In this document: one piece after another, positions 1-13,519 of the stretch
Position numbering within the stretch: the first letter of the stretch is position 1
How the letters are laid out: the number at the start of each line of letters is the position of its first letter
NCBI RefSeq assembly: GCF_964355755.1
Contig: NC_092670.1
Location: 13,130,795-13,194,794 of the forward strand
Source: Antedon mediterranea
Lineage: Eukaryota; Animalia; Echinodermata
Length of the DNA: 64,000 nucleotides
Direction of reading: 5' to 3'
Notes under the pieces: generated by a model
The model's database searches: none
Seen by the model: the letters and a program-made list of their open reading frames with translations, nothing else
What the model was told of the DNA's origin: nothing
Translations under genes and position numbers: made by a program

Positions 1-364
1 AGCTTGCCGAATTCTCACTAGCTAGGCTACTCTGTTCCCCGTGACGTTGACCTACCTTGTTGGTTGCACACCGTCTCTGATGATGTGTTTTGTCGATCTT
101 TTTCGTTTTGTCAACAAAAAACCACGTATTTACCTAACCTTTCATTGACCTTAAATATTAATAATTACAATTGAGAAAATAATATAGGTTTTATTTTTTA
201 AAGAAATAATCTTTTTTTTAAATATTTAATCTTCTATAAGATATATTTTTTGTTTCAAAAAATATTTTGAATTATTATAATAATAACATTTAATCTTAGT
301 GTGTACAAGAAGTGTTTGTAGAGGGTACTTGCCATGACGTAACTTTTGTACAAAATTCGTCAAG

Positions 365-3300
365 ATGGCGATGCAGGCGGGTCGTCGACAAAATGTGAGT
401 TCTTTTATTTGTATTTTTAACTATGTTTCAGTTATAATTTAAATAGATAATGCTATTTAATTAACTATAAATTGAATTAAGATGCAAAATAGTGTTATTT
501 ATTAATAGGGTTTCGTGTAGATTTCATAGTAAATTGATTGAAAACGTAAGCCGACCTCGCGCTCGTCATGTTGTCGGCGTGCATATATGCTCCACAACGT
601 ACAGGGCCTATTTGCGATTATCGGCCATGGACGCTTTGTGTTATGTAGGTGGCCTCCGACATGATTTTCCGGCGCTTCTGCAGTTTCGCACCCATCTTTT
701 ATTTCGATATCAAATTCTAACTTTGTCATGGATATCACACATTAGGATTTTTTGATCCAAAAAATGTGTATATGTATGCTGTGTGTGTAGTTAATAATAA
801 TATTGATAATATTTTAATAAAAAATAAGGCTAGGCCTAACCTTTATCGCAAATATACTTTATTTCTTGAGGAAAGTCAATGCACATTGGGAAGTGTTTGG
901 GAGTATACGTACAAACAATAAATCACGTACATACGCGTCGTGACGTTTGCTCCCAAATCCTTCCCTGGGAAGAAAGTTCCCACCATGCTTCTCGCATGCT
1001 ATTCAAAAAACCGGGTATTGCTAAACACCGCAAACCTCCAAAAAAACATAGCAAACCCCACCGAACCAACATAAAAGTGATTGAATCATGTAGTGTACAA
1101 CCCACTGTGTATATTAATGTAAAAAAAAATTAAATTTCTACTGTTAACAACTTATTTTTGGGGTAAAACATAATTTTTTTGGTCAAAAATGATTGCTAAA
1201 CCCCGCAAACCTCCAAAAAACTATAGCAAACCCCACCGAACCAACATAAAAGTGATTAAATAATGTAGTGTACGACCCACTGGGTATATAAATTATTAAA
1301 TTTCTACTGTTAACTACTTTTTGGGGGATAAAACATCATTTTTTGGTTAAAAATTAGCAATCATTTTTGACCAAAAAATAATGTTTTACCCCAAAAATAA
1401 CTAGTTAACAGTAGAAATTGAATATTTTTTTTACGTGGATATACCCAGTGAGTTGTACACTACATGATTCAATCACTTTTATGTTTTTTTTTTTTTTTTT
1501 CATTTTTTTTTATTCATTTCAAAAAATACAACCATAACACAAATCACTTAAATATAAAGTAATAGGTATCAAAAAGATATGAACGTTTAAATAAAGTAAG
1601 TAAGGGAAAACATTTCAAAAACAAAGATTTACCTTGATAAAACCTCCATATTATTTGGTTACAATACAGAAAATCCTGATATGTTATTAAATCTATGTAT
1701 TTTGTTGATTAAGAAAATTATATTTAGTTACAAATTAACTCACAAAAAGCCAGTCTTCCAGGTTTTCTTTAATCGGTTAAAATTTAATTATAACGTAGAG
1801 AAAAACATTGCTTCTAAAAGAAGTACATTGTATAATTTCAGACAAAAGTGGAGATTAATAGAAGATTATATTTGATAACTTAACGATACTGTTTCTCGAG
1901 GAAATGACTTACTTTTGTGTATTATTATTATTATTACGCTTGCTCTTTATTATTGTATTAAATTAAAATGTAAACCAGAAATTATTATTTGCACTTGTTA
2001 GATATATTTAAGTATTTATTATAGGCATACTATTAGTTCCTTGGTTACAATACAGATAATTAAAAATATGTATTTTATTAATATATATGTATTATTTTAA
2101 AGAAACAAAAATGGTTATGTTGTTAAATGTATGTATCTGATTTTAATTAACACAATTATATTATAGTTCCTTGGTAATAGTACAGATTAAGATATATTTG
2201 TGTGTATGTATGTGTATGTATAAATATGAGTATTATTTATTATTGCTATGTAAAGACAAAAAAAAAATTAATATGTTAGTAAATGTATATCTCTGGCTAA
2301 TTTGATTAATACAATTATATTTAGTTAGATTAGTTACATAATTGTGGAAAACACAGCATTTACCAAATTAATTAATTATTTACTTTAAAAAAAAAATGGA
2401 ATTAATAATTTATAGTTTTTAATATTGTTTGATCACTTTTATGTTGGTTCAGTGGGGTTTGCTATATTTTTTTGGAGGTTTGCAGGGTTTAACAATCATT
2501 TTTGACCAAAAAAATGATGTTTCACCCCAAAAATAATTAGTTAACAGTAAAAATGTAATATTTTTTTTTACATGGATATACCCAGTGGGTTGTACACTAC
2601 ATGATTCAATCACTTTTATGTTGGTTTGATGGGGTTTGCTATGTTTTTTTAGAGGTTTGCGGGGTTTAGCAATACCCATAAAACCTTATGTTCTGGCTGC
2701 CTAAATCCAAGTACTAGTGACTTGCATATATTTTTCAATTTATCATTCAGTATTTTAATCTGAACTGAAAGGGTAAATAATATAGGCCCTAATCTTAACA
2801 ATTTAAAAATTGTTTAAATCAATAAAAATGATCAAAGTATTTCAAAATGAAATAAGGTGTAAATAATTTGACACCTGGATTTACAATATAATTTAGAGAA
2901 GACAGGTCACATGTGGGCAATTGGATTTCAGGATTATAATCAGAATTTTCAGAAGAAGATCGTACAGTCTTTTGTTTTATTTTGAACCACCAATCATATG
3001 TCGAAAATTCCTGTACAAGTTGACTTCTTTTACACAGTTTTCTTCAAGCCCAACAAAAGAATAAACATACAATTGTCGTTATTCTGCAGGTTCGTCTACC
3101 ACCAGAAGTAAACAGAATTTTATATGTGAGAAACTTGCCTTACAAGATTACAGCAGAAGAAATGTACGATATCTTTGGAAAATATGGTGCAATAAGGCAG
3201 ATCAGAGTGTAAGCAAAATGAGCTACTTTTTAAAATGTTTGAAATTAATTTAAACTTAAAAATTAATACTGGTACATACTTGTTTTGCCCAAAATCGTCA

Positions 3301-4849
3301 TAACCATAATGAATGAAAAAATTATTTTGTATGAACTTGAACATTTTTTCAATTAAGTTTAGCCCATAAAATGATTATTGTATGGCACAAACAACATGTT
3401 TCTTTAGGCTTCATAAAATTCTAAATTTACCTTTAATTAATCTCTAGTTATATTTAACAAATTTTAGGTCAAAAGGAGCAACAATATTATCCTGTATTTC
3501 TTGTGCTTTTTGGAATAAAAAAAAACGTGGTTAGATGCCGCAAAGTAGGCGGCAATGCCTTAACCATTTATGTGTTGAACACCCTAGGGTGTCTTCCGTC
3601 CTTGTCAAGGGGAGTGCTAACCTGCTCTCCTTTCTTACAACACAAGAAAATTGGAGTTTCCAAATTCTATATATACTGGCTGTATCCATAATTGACACAG
3701 AACAAGTGTTGAAAATATTTGTCAGTACAAAATTCCTTAATTTATCTTTTTTCCTAATTGTTGGTTAATATCTACCTAACTAAATTACATATTTATACCA
3801 ATTTTATTGAAAAATACATACTATACACTAAATATATTGAAATAAAAATTGAATTTTGTCCTATTTTGTACATATTGAATATTCATTAGTTAGTCTACAT
3901 GCTCCAGTCGTTTTGTGGTGTTTATATACAATGAAATTGTAAACGTTTTATATTGGGTAGTCATTTTCTAATAATAGAAAGACAAAAGGTACAGTAACAG
4001 ATAAAACATGTATTGTACTTATGATGTTAGCATTTAATGTTTCAACATTTATTATGTCATCAGGAATTAATTAATTAAATTTATTTATAATGATAAAATG
4101 TTGGTATCCCATTTATTCTTGTTTTGTTTTATAGACAAATGTATATAAGTTAATTAACAATTTTATCTTACCAGTGGTAATCAGGCTGACACCAGAGGAA
4201 CTGCTTATGTTGTCTATGAAGATATCTTTGATGCTAAGAACGCATGCGATCACTTATCAGGGTTCAACGTCTGCGGACGATACTTGATTGTATTGTACTA
4301 TCAAGCCACCAGGGTAAGGACAGCCATCTTTCTCGTTTCCAAGTTTGTTTAAAGTTTGAGGACCACACCATTTCCTTTGATAAGACTTAATACAAATATT
4401 TATGTTGCTCAATCTATGGTCGCTTTAAAACAATTTCATGCATGAGTGAATTTTCTATAGCGCCCTCTATTTTTTATTTTAGATTTTGACCAAGTACATT
4501 AGTGGAGTTTCTATATTTTGTAATTTATAACATAAAATTTGCCAAATAATAGCCTACCTGTTTTTCAATTGATGATGTGCTTATGTAACAATTTGTTTAG
4601 GCCTAGTGGTTATGTTCTCCAAATATCTTTACGTTATGTTTTTATCATTCGTATTTTGTTTTAATATACTGGATGTTGGAGTTGGACGGTTCCTACTAAA
4701 TATATGCATTTCAAATGAATCTTGTTTTCATTATATATTTTATTTCCTCTTCACAGGCTTTCAAGAAAATTGACCAAGCAAAGAAACAAGTTGAACTTGA
4801 TCAAATGAAAGCGAAATATGGCCTTAGCACACCAGATATTAATAAATGA
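365..4849 (+). CDS. SF3B6: Splicing factor 3B subunit 6 (p14), RRM protein; coding exons 365-394, 3090-3208, 4175-4313, 4757-4849 (126 aa)
   Basis: Spliced translation [126 protein letters not shown]. All introns are GT-AG with consistent phases; AATAAA at 5033 and 5075. Confidence 0.98.
1013..2678. mobile_element. Foldback/MITE-like element of ~180-bp units in inverted arms, in SF3B6 intron 1, interrupted by a LINE insertion
   Basis: gggtattgctaaac... at 1013 is the reverse complement of ...gtttagcaataccc at ~2678. Units are repeated directly (1013-1350) and inverted (1355-1485, 2432-2678). Confidence 0.8.
1486..2431. mobile_element. Truncated L1/Tx1-like LINE insertion with apparent 5' inversion
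   Basis: 14-bp duplication atcacttttatgtt (1472-1485, 2432-2445). Poly(A) and AATAAA lie on the minus strand at 1486-1515. An ORF2-like C-terminus ([30 protein letters not shown]) lies on the + strand at ~1650-1875. Confidence 0.7.
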
Positions 4850-6278
4850 ACATTCCTGGATAATATGGACAATGTTTAGGTTTTTCACCTTGGAAAAATA
4901 AACGGAAACATGTCTGGCGTATCATGGGCATTGTCCGGGAAATTTAGAATTGATATGAATTATTAGTTCATGTCATTTTATATGGAATTTGGATGCTTTG
5001 AGATTTCATTAATTGTGTTTTTTAAGAACACAAATAAAAAGGTTGTCTGTGTACATAATCCAATGGTAAACAACAATAAACAAAACATGAATATTCAGTT
5101 CAGATTAATTAGCATAAACTGGTCCGAACTGGAATTGTAAGCTTGATCCATCTGAAAGGAAAAGTTTGATGAGAATATTATCTAACATCAAATCAATTAA
5201 TGATTAAATGTATTGAAGTCCAGGCCCTACTGAAAGAAACCGTTTTTAATATATTGTATAAAAGGTTACTGTAATGAAGTAAAGCATATTGTCAACTCTT
5301 TGTTTATTAGTTATTTCGAACCTCTGACAAAGATAGTAACATCTGTAACTAGGCCGAATACCAATAATAATGGTACTGTACATACATGTGTACCGTTTTC
5401 GTAGCATAATTAAACCTTCAAAATCACATTGACCATAGTGTGGTCGATGTAAAAAGTATTTTGTATTACAGTATTTCAAAACGAGTAAAAAAATCAGTTT
5501 TTAAACGTTTGATATTCCATGATTTTGATTTTACCAGTAAAAAATAAATTAGTCTAAAATTTTCGACGGCTGGACTGTAGAGGCTGATGTGTTTAATCGG
5601 AAATAGAGGGCGAACTTCTTATTTATTTTTTGTTCTGGCGGTGATAAAAAGTGACCAAAAAACTAGATTTTCACTAACACAAAATCTGAATTATTGTCCA
5701 ATATTAGTGTAATTGTGTTATTTAAGACTGGTAGTGCAAGTATTTATAAAAATAATGTAAAATAAATTAATTTAAAGTATATTTCGAAGGTCATGTTCCA
5801 AACTGTCGGGGATGGAAGGAGTGAAATTGGGGTTAGCAAGCAAATATGATTGGTAGGTTGTGGGCCTAGGGCTAGGCCTAGAAACGGAAACTCTTATAGG
5901 TCTAATCCAGCCGTCATAATCCGGCTTTGTTATGAAAGTACCAAACAAATGTTAATGTTGTAATAATAAATAGTAATGTAATATTGTCAATGTTTAATTT
6001 AATCTAACTAATTTTAAATTACATAGGAGGGACTAGCTAGGTAGGCCTATCCAGTATCCTATACTAGAGTAGTAGATAGGCCTAGTCTAGTTATGCCTAG
6101 CCCCTCCTAGGCTAGTAAGCCTAAATTATATAATATTGTACGCTAGCCTATGTGTAATAATAGTGTATTTAATTACCTACTGGCTACCCTATATTGTGTA
6201 TAATTTTGTATTTCTTTCAGGATGTTTGTTGTAACAAAACCTGAGTTAGTTAGTGCTTCAAAACACTAATAAGCTGAG

Positions 6279-8154
6279 ATGGAAATTGTTGCACTACCGG
6301 ATGAGACAATAACAGAAACGCTAGCAGCAGAAGATGTAGCCGGTCTGGTAGTTGTGGAAACCACAGATCGTACAGACAGCAAATTTGATGATCAGTTGGT
6401 GAATTTGCCATGCTTTGATGATGATCACCAGATATATATTATACAAGGAAGTGAAAGGTACAGTATCTCAATTGATTACATTAAAGATACATTGTCCCCC
6501 TGAAAATTAATTTTTTGTTTACATTTTTTTTAATATGCCATTTTAATGTCACACATCAGTTTAATATCCACTAAAAATCGAATCGAAATGTTTATGCAAA
6601 AAATTGTCTGCCAGTTAATGGGTTTTTAGTTGAATTTAACTGTTTATTTTGTGGTGTATTATTTTTCAAAGGGGTAAACGAATCGTCAATATATAATATT
6701 TTTTTCATTTTATTACTATTTTGACTAGGCTTATACATATTAGCAATTTACTTATTGGACACAATTATTTCACTTTAATGTGACATTTTAACCCTGTAGC
6801 TTTACAGTAATGTAACATACATATTATTGTCCTGTAACATATCCTACAAATTTATTTTGTAGGATTGTAGAACAAGCTGATATTCCAGTTGGAACTCCCT
6901 CCGGTAACCTTCCTTACATCCCACAAGACTATCTGCCCTCCTTAAGACATCCCACAGATCACATCACCAGACCTACAATGCAAGTCCAAAAGAAAAGACA
7001 TCGAGATAGACTACGCAAGAGAGAACTAAGACTGAACGATGACTACAAGTAATTGTCTCGAGTAACCCCCTATAATAATACTCAAACCATTGTGATCTTT
7101 ACTGTATATGGTATTCAAGGAAAAACATACTTTTTGTTATTTATAATCAGTTTTTGTGTCATTTTCTTCCATTGCACGACAAGCCTTCATTGTAATGTAA
7201 GGGGTGCAGGATATTATTGTTAATGCTTCACTGCTTTTTGAACTGAAAAAATCAGTAGATTGAAAAGATTTTATTGAACTGTAAAGGCACTATAGAAGAA
7301 TGGACTGCTTATGTTATGGCACATAGGTAATCTTGTTCTATCTGTACTGTGCAAAGTATCAATCTACTCCTCCACTGTTTTAGTTTATAGCATACTTTCT
7401 TACATTATCAATGTACTTATGTATCAGTATGGCAATACCACATTGTAAAATGTCCACCGGTTCTCGTCAGATCTCCAAAGTTAACCGTTGAATCTAGTAA
7501 AACTTCAATGAGAGACTATCTGGGAGTATCGAGTGCTGTACACCTTTCGGAAGTGATATGGTGGAAAAGAAATTGATCCTTTACTGTGATGTAAAGCCGT
7601 TCGTTGTCTGCACATTAATTTTATTTATTTTATTTTATTTCACATTTACATCCTACAGCCAAGGCCAATAACAGTCTAAAAGACACAATATAAATACCGT
7701 ATATATTTTTAAAAACACAGAAACATCAAAAACAAGACGAAAACAACAGGCAGAAAGGCAAAGGTTACGAATAAAAATGGTTAAGATTTTACAAATTAAA
7801 GAACTTGGTACACTATTTGAAATGAATACAGGATCATCTCTCTGTGCTGATCTGTGTACAGTAGCGCTTCAATGCTGTGTTTCCGTAGTTAGTTCCTAAT
7901 AAAATTTAAGGCATGATTATAATTACATTTACATTGAATACATGTTTTATTGCAGGAAAAAAGATAGAGCTAGCGCCAGACAAAGAATGAAGAAACGAAG
8001 GAAAGATCCGTTGTACCGTTCCATTGAACGAGAGAAAGATAGGATGCGACGTCAGGAAGCACGTCGTCTTCTTAAATTAGAAGAATCCAAAAATAATGAA
8101 TATGCGGTAAATGAAGACACAAAAGTTTCTGATGGTTTAAATGAGAACACATGA
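6279..8154 (+). CDS. Uncharacterised 187-aa protein; coding exons 6279-6457, 6863-7048, 7956-8154; acidic N-terminus and basic repeated helical (STPR-like) C-terminus
   Basis: Two GT-AG introns, both phase 2, join into one open frame ending in TGA at 8154. An acceptor at 6220 implies an upstream non-coding exon. C-terminal repeats are DRLRKRELRLNDDYKKKDRAS/ARQRMKKRRKDPLYRSIEREK/DRMRRQEARR. Confidence 0.8.
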
Positions 8155-8221
8155 TTAGCCAAACTGACCTTATATTTATACTACATGGCTACAGTGGGTC
8201 TATTGTATTTGGACTTTGTCT

Positions 8222-8628
8222 GACCCATTGCAGAAGGGGCCATTTTGTTGCCTCCCATTGAAGGAGGAGGACCCATTTTGTTGCCTCCCATTGAAGGAGG
8301 ACCCATTTTGTTGCCTCCCATTGAAGGAAGTTCCAATTGTGTTTCCTCCCATTGAAGGAGGGCCCATTGTGTTTCCTCCCATTGAAAGAGGGCCCATTGT
8401 GTTGCCTCCCATTGAAAGAGGGCCCATTGTGTTGCCTCCCATTGAAGGAGGGCCCATTGTGTTTCCTCCCATTGAAGGAGGGCCCATTGTGTTTCCTCCC
8501 ATTGAAGGAGGGCCCATTGTGTTACCTCCCATTGAAAGAGGTCCGATTTTGAAGAAGGGACCACTGTGTTGCCTCCTATTGAAAGAGGGACCACTGTGTT
8601 GTCGCCCATCGAAGGAGGTGCCATTGTT
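8222..8628. repeat. 30-bp minisatellite (ggcccattgtgtttcctcccattgaaggag), ~13 copies, just 3' of the second gene
   Basis: Visible tandem array that explains the overlapping repetitive ORFs at 8181-8743. Confidence 0.95.
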
Positions 8629-9152
8629 GTGGAAATTACTATGTATATATTTATTTTATTGTACAGACATTGTAGAGAATAGATATAAAACAGAGAATGA
8701 AATCATGTATATACAAGAAAACATTGTTTTATACTGTAAATGATAAATTAAGAGAGGTAAAATTAAATTATGCTATATTAATATACTGTATTTGATATTT
8801 TAAAGATCACACATTTATTAAAACAATTTGAAAATAATAAAAAAAAAAGTAAACAATAAGTAAACAAGCTCTACTCAGCATACTGATCGTAATATTATTG
8901 TATGTTTACTAAGAATAAGATTAAGAATGCCAAAAATGTATCTTTATCATTTTAATAGCGCCCTCTATAGTTTAGACATGCGTGATTTTTTTGTTTTCCA
9001 TACCCATTATAAAATGGACGATTCAATGGTCAACATAAGATTCGTTGGTTCTAGGACACCTACCCCCTAGACAGTTACCCCCCCCCCCCCGGATGTTTAC
9101 CACACCCCGGACACCCTTAGGACATCTACCCCCGGACAACTACCCCGATCCC

Positions 9153-9975
9153 GGACGCGATTTTTTTTTTCGTACATAAGTTGGGGACCCCCTCATGAAA
9201 CGTCACAAAATAAACATGAATAATTCATCAGTTAAATTTTCTTGCTCCGTGTGCACCCAAGCGTAGCAACAAGAACAACTGCGATACGATTCTAGGCCTA
9301 GGCGATTCTCCACTGTGTTTTTGCGGCGTGCGATTTCATAAAAGAATAGCGACGTTTTGTGTGGATTGCCGAAATAATCTGTCTTTAGTTTTTGGGGTTT
9401 TTTTTAATAGAATTTATTACTAAAGAATTACGTGTTAAAATTATAGTTTCTATTAATACTATTAGGCCTAATTATTAGTCTCTAAAGCTCGTGTCTATTC
9501 TAGTAGTCTGTGTGGGTGTGTGTTAGGTACTCCGAGTAATAAGTCAGCAAAATTAAACAATTACATTACACAAAATTTATTCTCGTGTTCATCCTTTGAG
9601 TACATGCATATTGTTTGATAATAAAATAACAGAATTAAAACATTACAGTACACAAAATTATACACATTCTTTATTCTCGTGTGTCTAAACTTTCTTTGGG
9701 CTATGACCAATACTACTTAGTTGAATGTGTCTTGCCTAGCTGTCGATTAGTTTCGACACATTTTGCATAGTGGTAGTGTGTGTGTGAAGAGTGCGCCAAG
9801 GCAATCACGTGAATGCTAGGAGGCCTAGGAAGAATCGTATCGCAGTTGTATTCACGTGTTGCTATACGCTTGGGTGCACACGGAACAACAAATTTAACTG
9901 ATGAATTATTCATGTTTATTTTGTGACGTTTCATGAGGGGTCCCCAACATATGTACGAAAAAAAAAATCGCATCC
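9153..9975. mobile_element. MITE with ~150-bp terminal inverted repeats
   Basis: 9153-9300 is the reverse complement of 9822-9975 (ggacgcgattttt.../...aaaaatcgcatcc). Confidence 0.8.
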
Positions 9976-11035
9976 CGGACAACTCCCCCTTACTTAGGAC
10001 AACAACCCCCTTAAGGATAACAACCCCCCCGGACAACCACCCCCTTAGGACAACTTTGGGGAATAAGTAATTCGGTCTTTACTTACCCTATTTAGAATAC
10101 GGTAATGGAGTATTGTAGCAGTCAAGATGTCCAAAGCTGGAAGTATCCTAGGCTCGAAGTAAATAAACTACGGAGTGTAGAAACCACAATATCCACACGA
10201 AGCGCGTAGTAGGCCTACGTGCGTAGTGTAAGGTTAATAAGGCTAGGCTAGTTCAGGACAATAATATATACAACGGTACAATAATTGAAAGACGATAACA
10301 TACAGTAACACGTAGTAAAATATGTAAGGTTAAAACGCTAAATATCAAAATGTAATAGTGCTAATAATTAGGACAACTAATTATTATCGTAAAACTTGTA
10401 CTAAAACTCGCAATGGTTTGCTCATAAAAATTGAAAATTAAACGAGACTTACCTGTAAGTTGAAGTTTAATTGTAATTCTATGAGTCATCAGCCGGGAGT
10501 GGAGGAGTTGTACGAGAGAGAGTACCGCGCATGCGTATGCCAGTCTTTAGAGCAGAATACAGGCTCAGTGAGGAGAGTGGAGGAGTCTGGGTCAGGGCCA
10601 AACCTACGTAAGGGAGGGCGTACAACTCCTCCACTCCCGGCTGATGACTCATAGAATTACAATTAAACTTCAACTTACAGGTAAGTCTCGTTTAATTTTC
10701 AATTCTATTTCGTCATCAGCCTATGTCGCTACGGAGTAGTACGAGACTTTAGAGCACAGTGAGCCAGTATTCGCAAAACGGTGGAAAAACAGATTAATAA
10801 ACAAATTAACAGTCATTCAAGTCGTTTACATTCTTTCAATAGAAAACATTTTATTACCACAAAACTATGTAGTACGATACTTTAGTCTGTAAACAATTAA
10901 CTGAAATCACTGTATTTCCTGTATTATACACTGCTTACAGGAAAAATAACATTCAGGTAATAACACTGTAAAACATACCCTTGGATAGTAACTATAAGAA
11001 ACATAAACTTTAAACAATGCAAACATGGTATCAAT

Positions 11036-12326
11036 TGTCACACAGCCGCAATTACGGCTCTTTCGGACATGTAATATCTGGTAACCACCGGTAAACAACG
11101 ATAAATAGCCACAACTGTACACATATAAATGTAAAAAGTAAATTTAATAATAATCTTTGACCACCAATTCTTCCTTCTAAAATCCAAACCCCCCCTAAAA
11201 AAACCCACAAAAAAAAAACCCCCAAGCAATTCTCAAACAATGATACAGTATCCCTATTCCCACACAATTTATACACTTCCCCAAATTCCCAATCCTCCCA
11301 GACAAAATATCGACAATCTTCTTATTGTCAAATATAAATCCCAGAAACGCCCCTTCCAAATACAATAATATCACAAGATGAATAATACAATAATAAATGT
11401 CCACAATATCGTTCCTTCTTGCCTTTTCTCCTACGCTGACACAAAACAAATTCGAAAGATAAAAGTTAAAACGATTCCGCAACTAAACAACTCCTCTGCT
11501 CCCGTTCTGCTTGTATTCCCAATTATACTTCTTCTCAACCTGCAACTATCTTCTGACATATAAATAAATGAAATATAAAGTTAAAAATGTTTCTTGATGT
11601 CCTTCTGCACTGCAATCCGCTCCCCGATCAATTATTTCTTTCTCCTTTTCCACGTAACATAATATCAGTATCAATAAAGTCAGTCTTCGATACTTTCAAC
11701 AAAAGCTTTCTTTAAAAGCAATTAATTCTGCTATTTCCAACAGTTATTATTCGATTTATTAACTTCATGTATCTCACTTTATTTCATTTCTGCTCCAGCT
11801 CTAGATCACCATAATTATTTCCAACTCACAATTTATTAACTTCATGTATATCACCTTATTTCATTTCTGCTTCAGCTCTATATCACCATAATTATTTCCA
11901 ACTCACAATTTACTAACTTCATGTAGATCACCTTATTTCCTTTCCGCTTCAGCTCTATATCACCATACTTCTTTCCAACCCACAATTTATTAACTTCATA
12001 TATACCACTTTACTTCCTTTCTGCTTCAACATAACATAACCCTCCTTCTCTGTCTCCTCTCAATTTTCATCTCCCTCTCAACCTTCCCTCAATTGCACAC
12101 ATACCACCACCTTATCCTTCTCAACCAATCAGCAACTCACACACCAACTCAACTCTTACACCTCTCCTCCAATCAGCAACCTCCACACACTCCTTCTCTG
12201 CACACTAACACTCTGCTCCACTGGCTTCAAACAATAGTTTCCTAAAACAAAAGAAAGGTTCAAATAATGAAAACAAAAGGAAAAGTAAGAATAACTTGCA
12301 CAATAAATACAAAACTTATGTCACTT
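11036..12326. other. 1.29-kb unclassified insert in the DIRS 3' region, flanked by a 79-bp direct duplication and containing a 77-bp tandem repeat (11754-12030)
   Basis: 10957-11035 equals 12327-12405; strong C/T strand bias inside; starts TGTCACA. Confidence 0.75.
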
Positions 12327-12411
12327 GTAATAACACTGTAAAACATACCCTTGGATAGTAACTATAAGAAACATAAACTTTAAACAATGCAAACATGGTA
12401 TCAATAACACT

Positions 12412-13460
12412 TCATTTCTCGCTTGAGCATGACTCAAGAACTGCAGTACCGTAATTAAAAGTAGGAGGTGCTATATGAATATAATATTTCTGAAAAGTTT
12501 CCTCCTTAGCCCAACCAGCTGACTTCATGATGTTGTTTAGGTCAACATTTTTATTTAGAAGATGAGAAGCTGAGGCTGATCTGGTACTATGGGGCTTATA
12601 TTGGACTGTATCTATACCTGCATTACACATGAATTTCTTTACCCAGTGGGACACTGTATCCTTTGAAATCGGCTTATGTGGGGAAATGTAACTTAACAGT
12701 AGCTGTGCCTTATCCTGGCGAAAAACACTTGTACATGAAAGATATTCTGTCAACAAAGACACAATGCATAATTTTTTGTCAGATGGGAACGCATTGAATT
12801 CCAATGGCTTTTGATGTTAGCCAACCAATGTATGCTTTATCTTTTCAGTTACATAGAAAACAATTTTATGATCACTCTTTTCCATATTTGCAATCGAGAG
12901 ATTTAATATCGTCTGGCACCTTTGACCACTTAAAAGACACAATAAGAACGCCAATCTTTGTGATATTTCTTTCAGCGATGATTCTTGGATTGATGGTTGC
13001 CCTCTGATGCAATCTAGGGCAACATTGACATTCCAAGTATAACTGTACCTTGGTAAAGATGGGCTTTATGGTCTCTTATTCAAAAATACCCTTCATAAAG
13101 CGTTTCACAATAGGTAATTGACCAAAAGATGCATACTCTTGACCTACAGCAAAAAGAGAAGACAACATACTTCTAGCAGTATTAATAGAACTGTACGATA
13201 AACCTGAATTAAACATATCTGATAAAAACTCAAGTGGTAATGTCACATGTGGTGAAATAATGTCACAATTTTTTCTCTCACAAAATTCAAACCATCTGTT
13301 AGCCATAGTTTGATATTGAACCTTTGTTCCTGCTCACCACGATGCTACAGTAGTATGATCAGGAAGTTTACAACTCCCTGGTATGATATCTATTGTGCCT
13401 GAGGTAAATCCCTTTGATAATAAGCTTCTGCTGATACATGACATATGAGCAGTCATAGTT
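12412..13460 (-). pseudogene. DIRS tyrosine recombinase, frameshifted and internally deleted
   Basis: GLSYSSINTARSMLS N-terminal motif; YKPHSTRSASAS (HxxR); IMKSAGW..ETFQKYY with the catalytic Tyr. Confidence 0.92.
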
Positions 13461-13519
13461 TCTTGGGTAGAGGATGAGTCAAGCCCGGTTGTGCATGAAT
13501 TTGTGTTTGCTTCCTTGAG

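Noticed and set aside
8181-8743. Four overlapping repetitive ORFs
   Set aside because: By-products of a 30-bp minisatellite; no evidence of coding.
10460-10673. Two opposite 64-aa ORFs with identical N-termini
   Set aside because: Artefact of the DIRS terminus/ICR inverted repeat.
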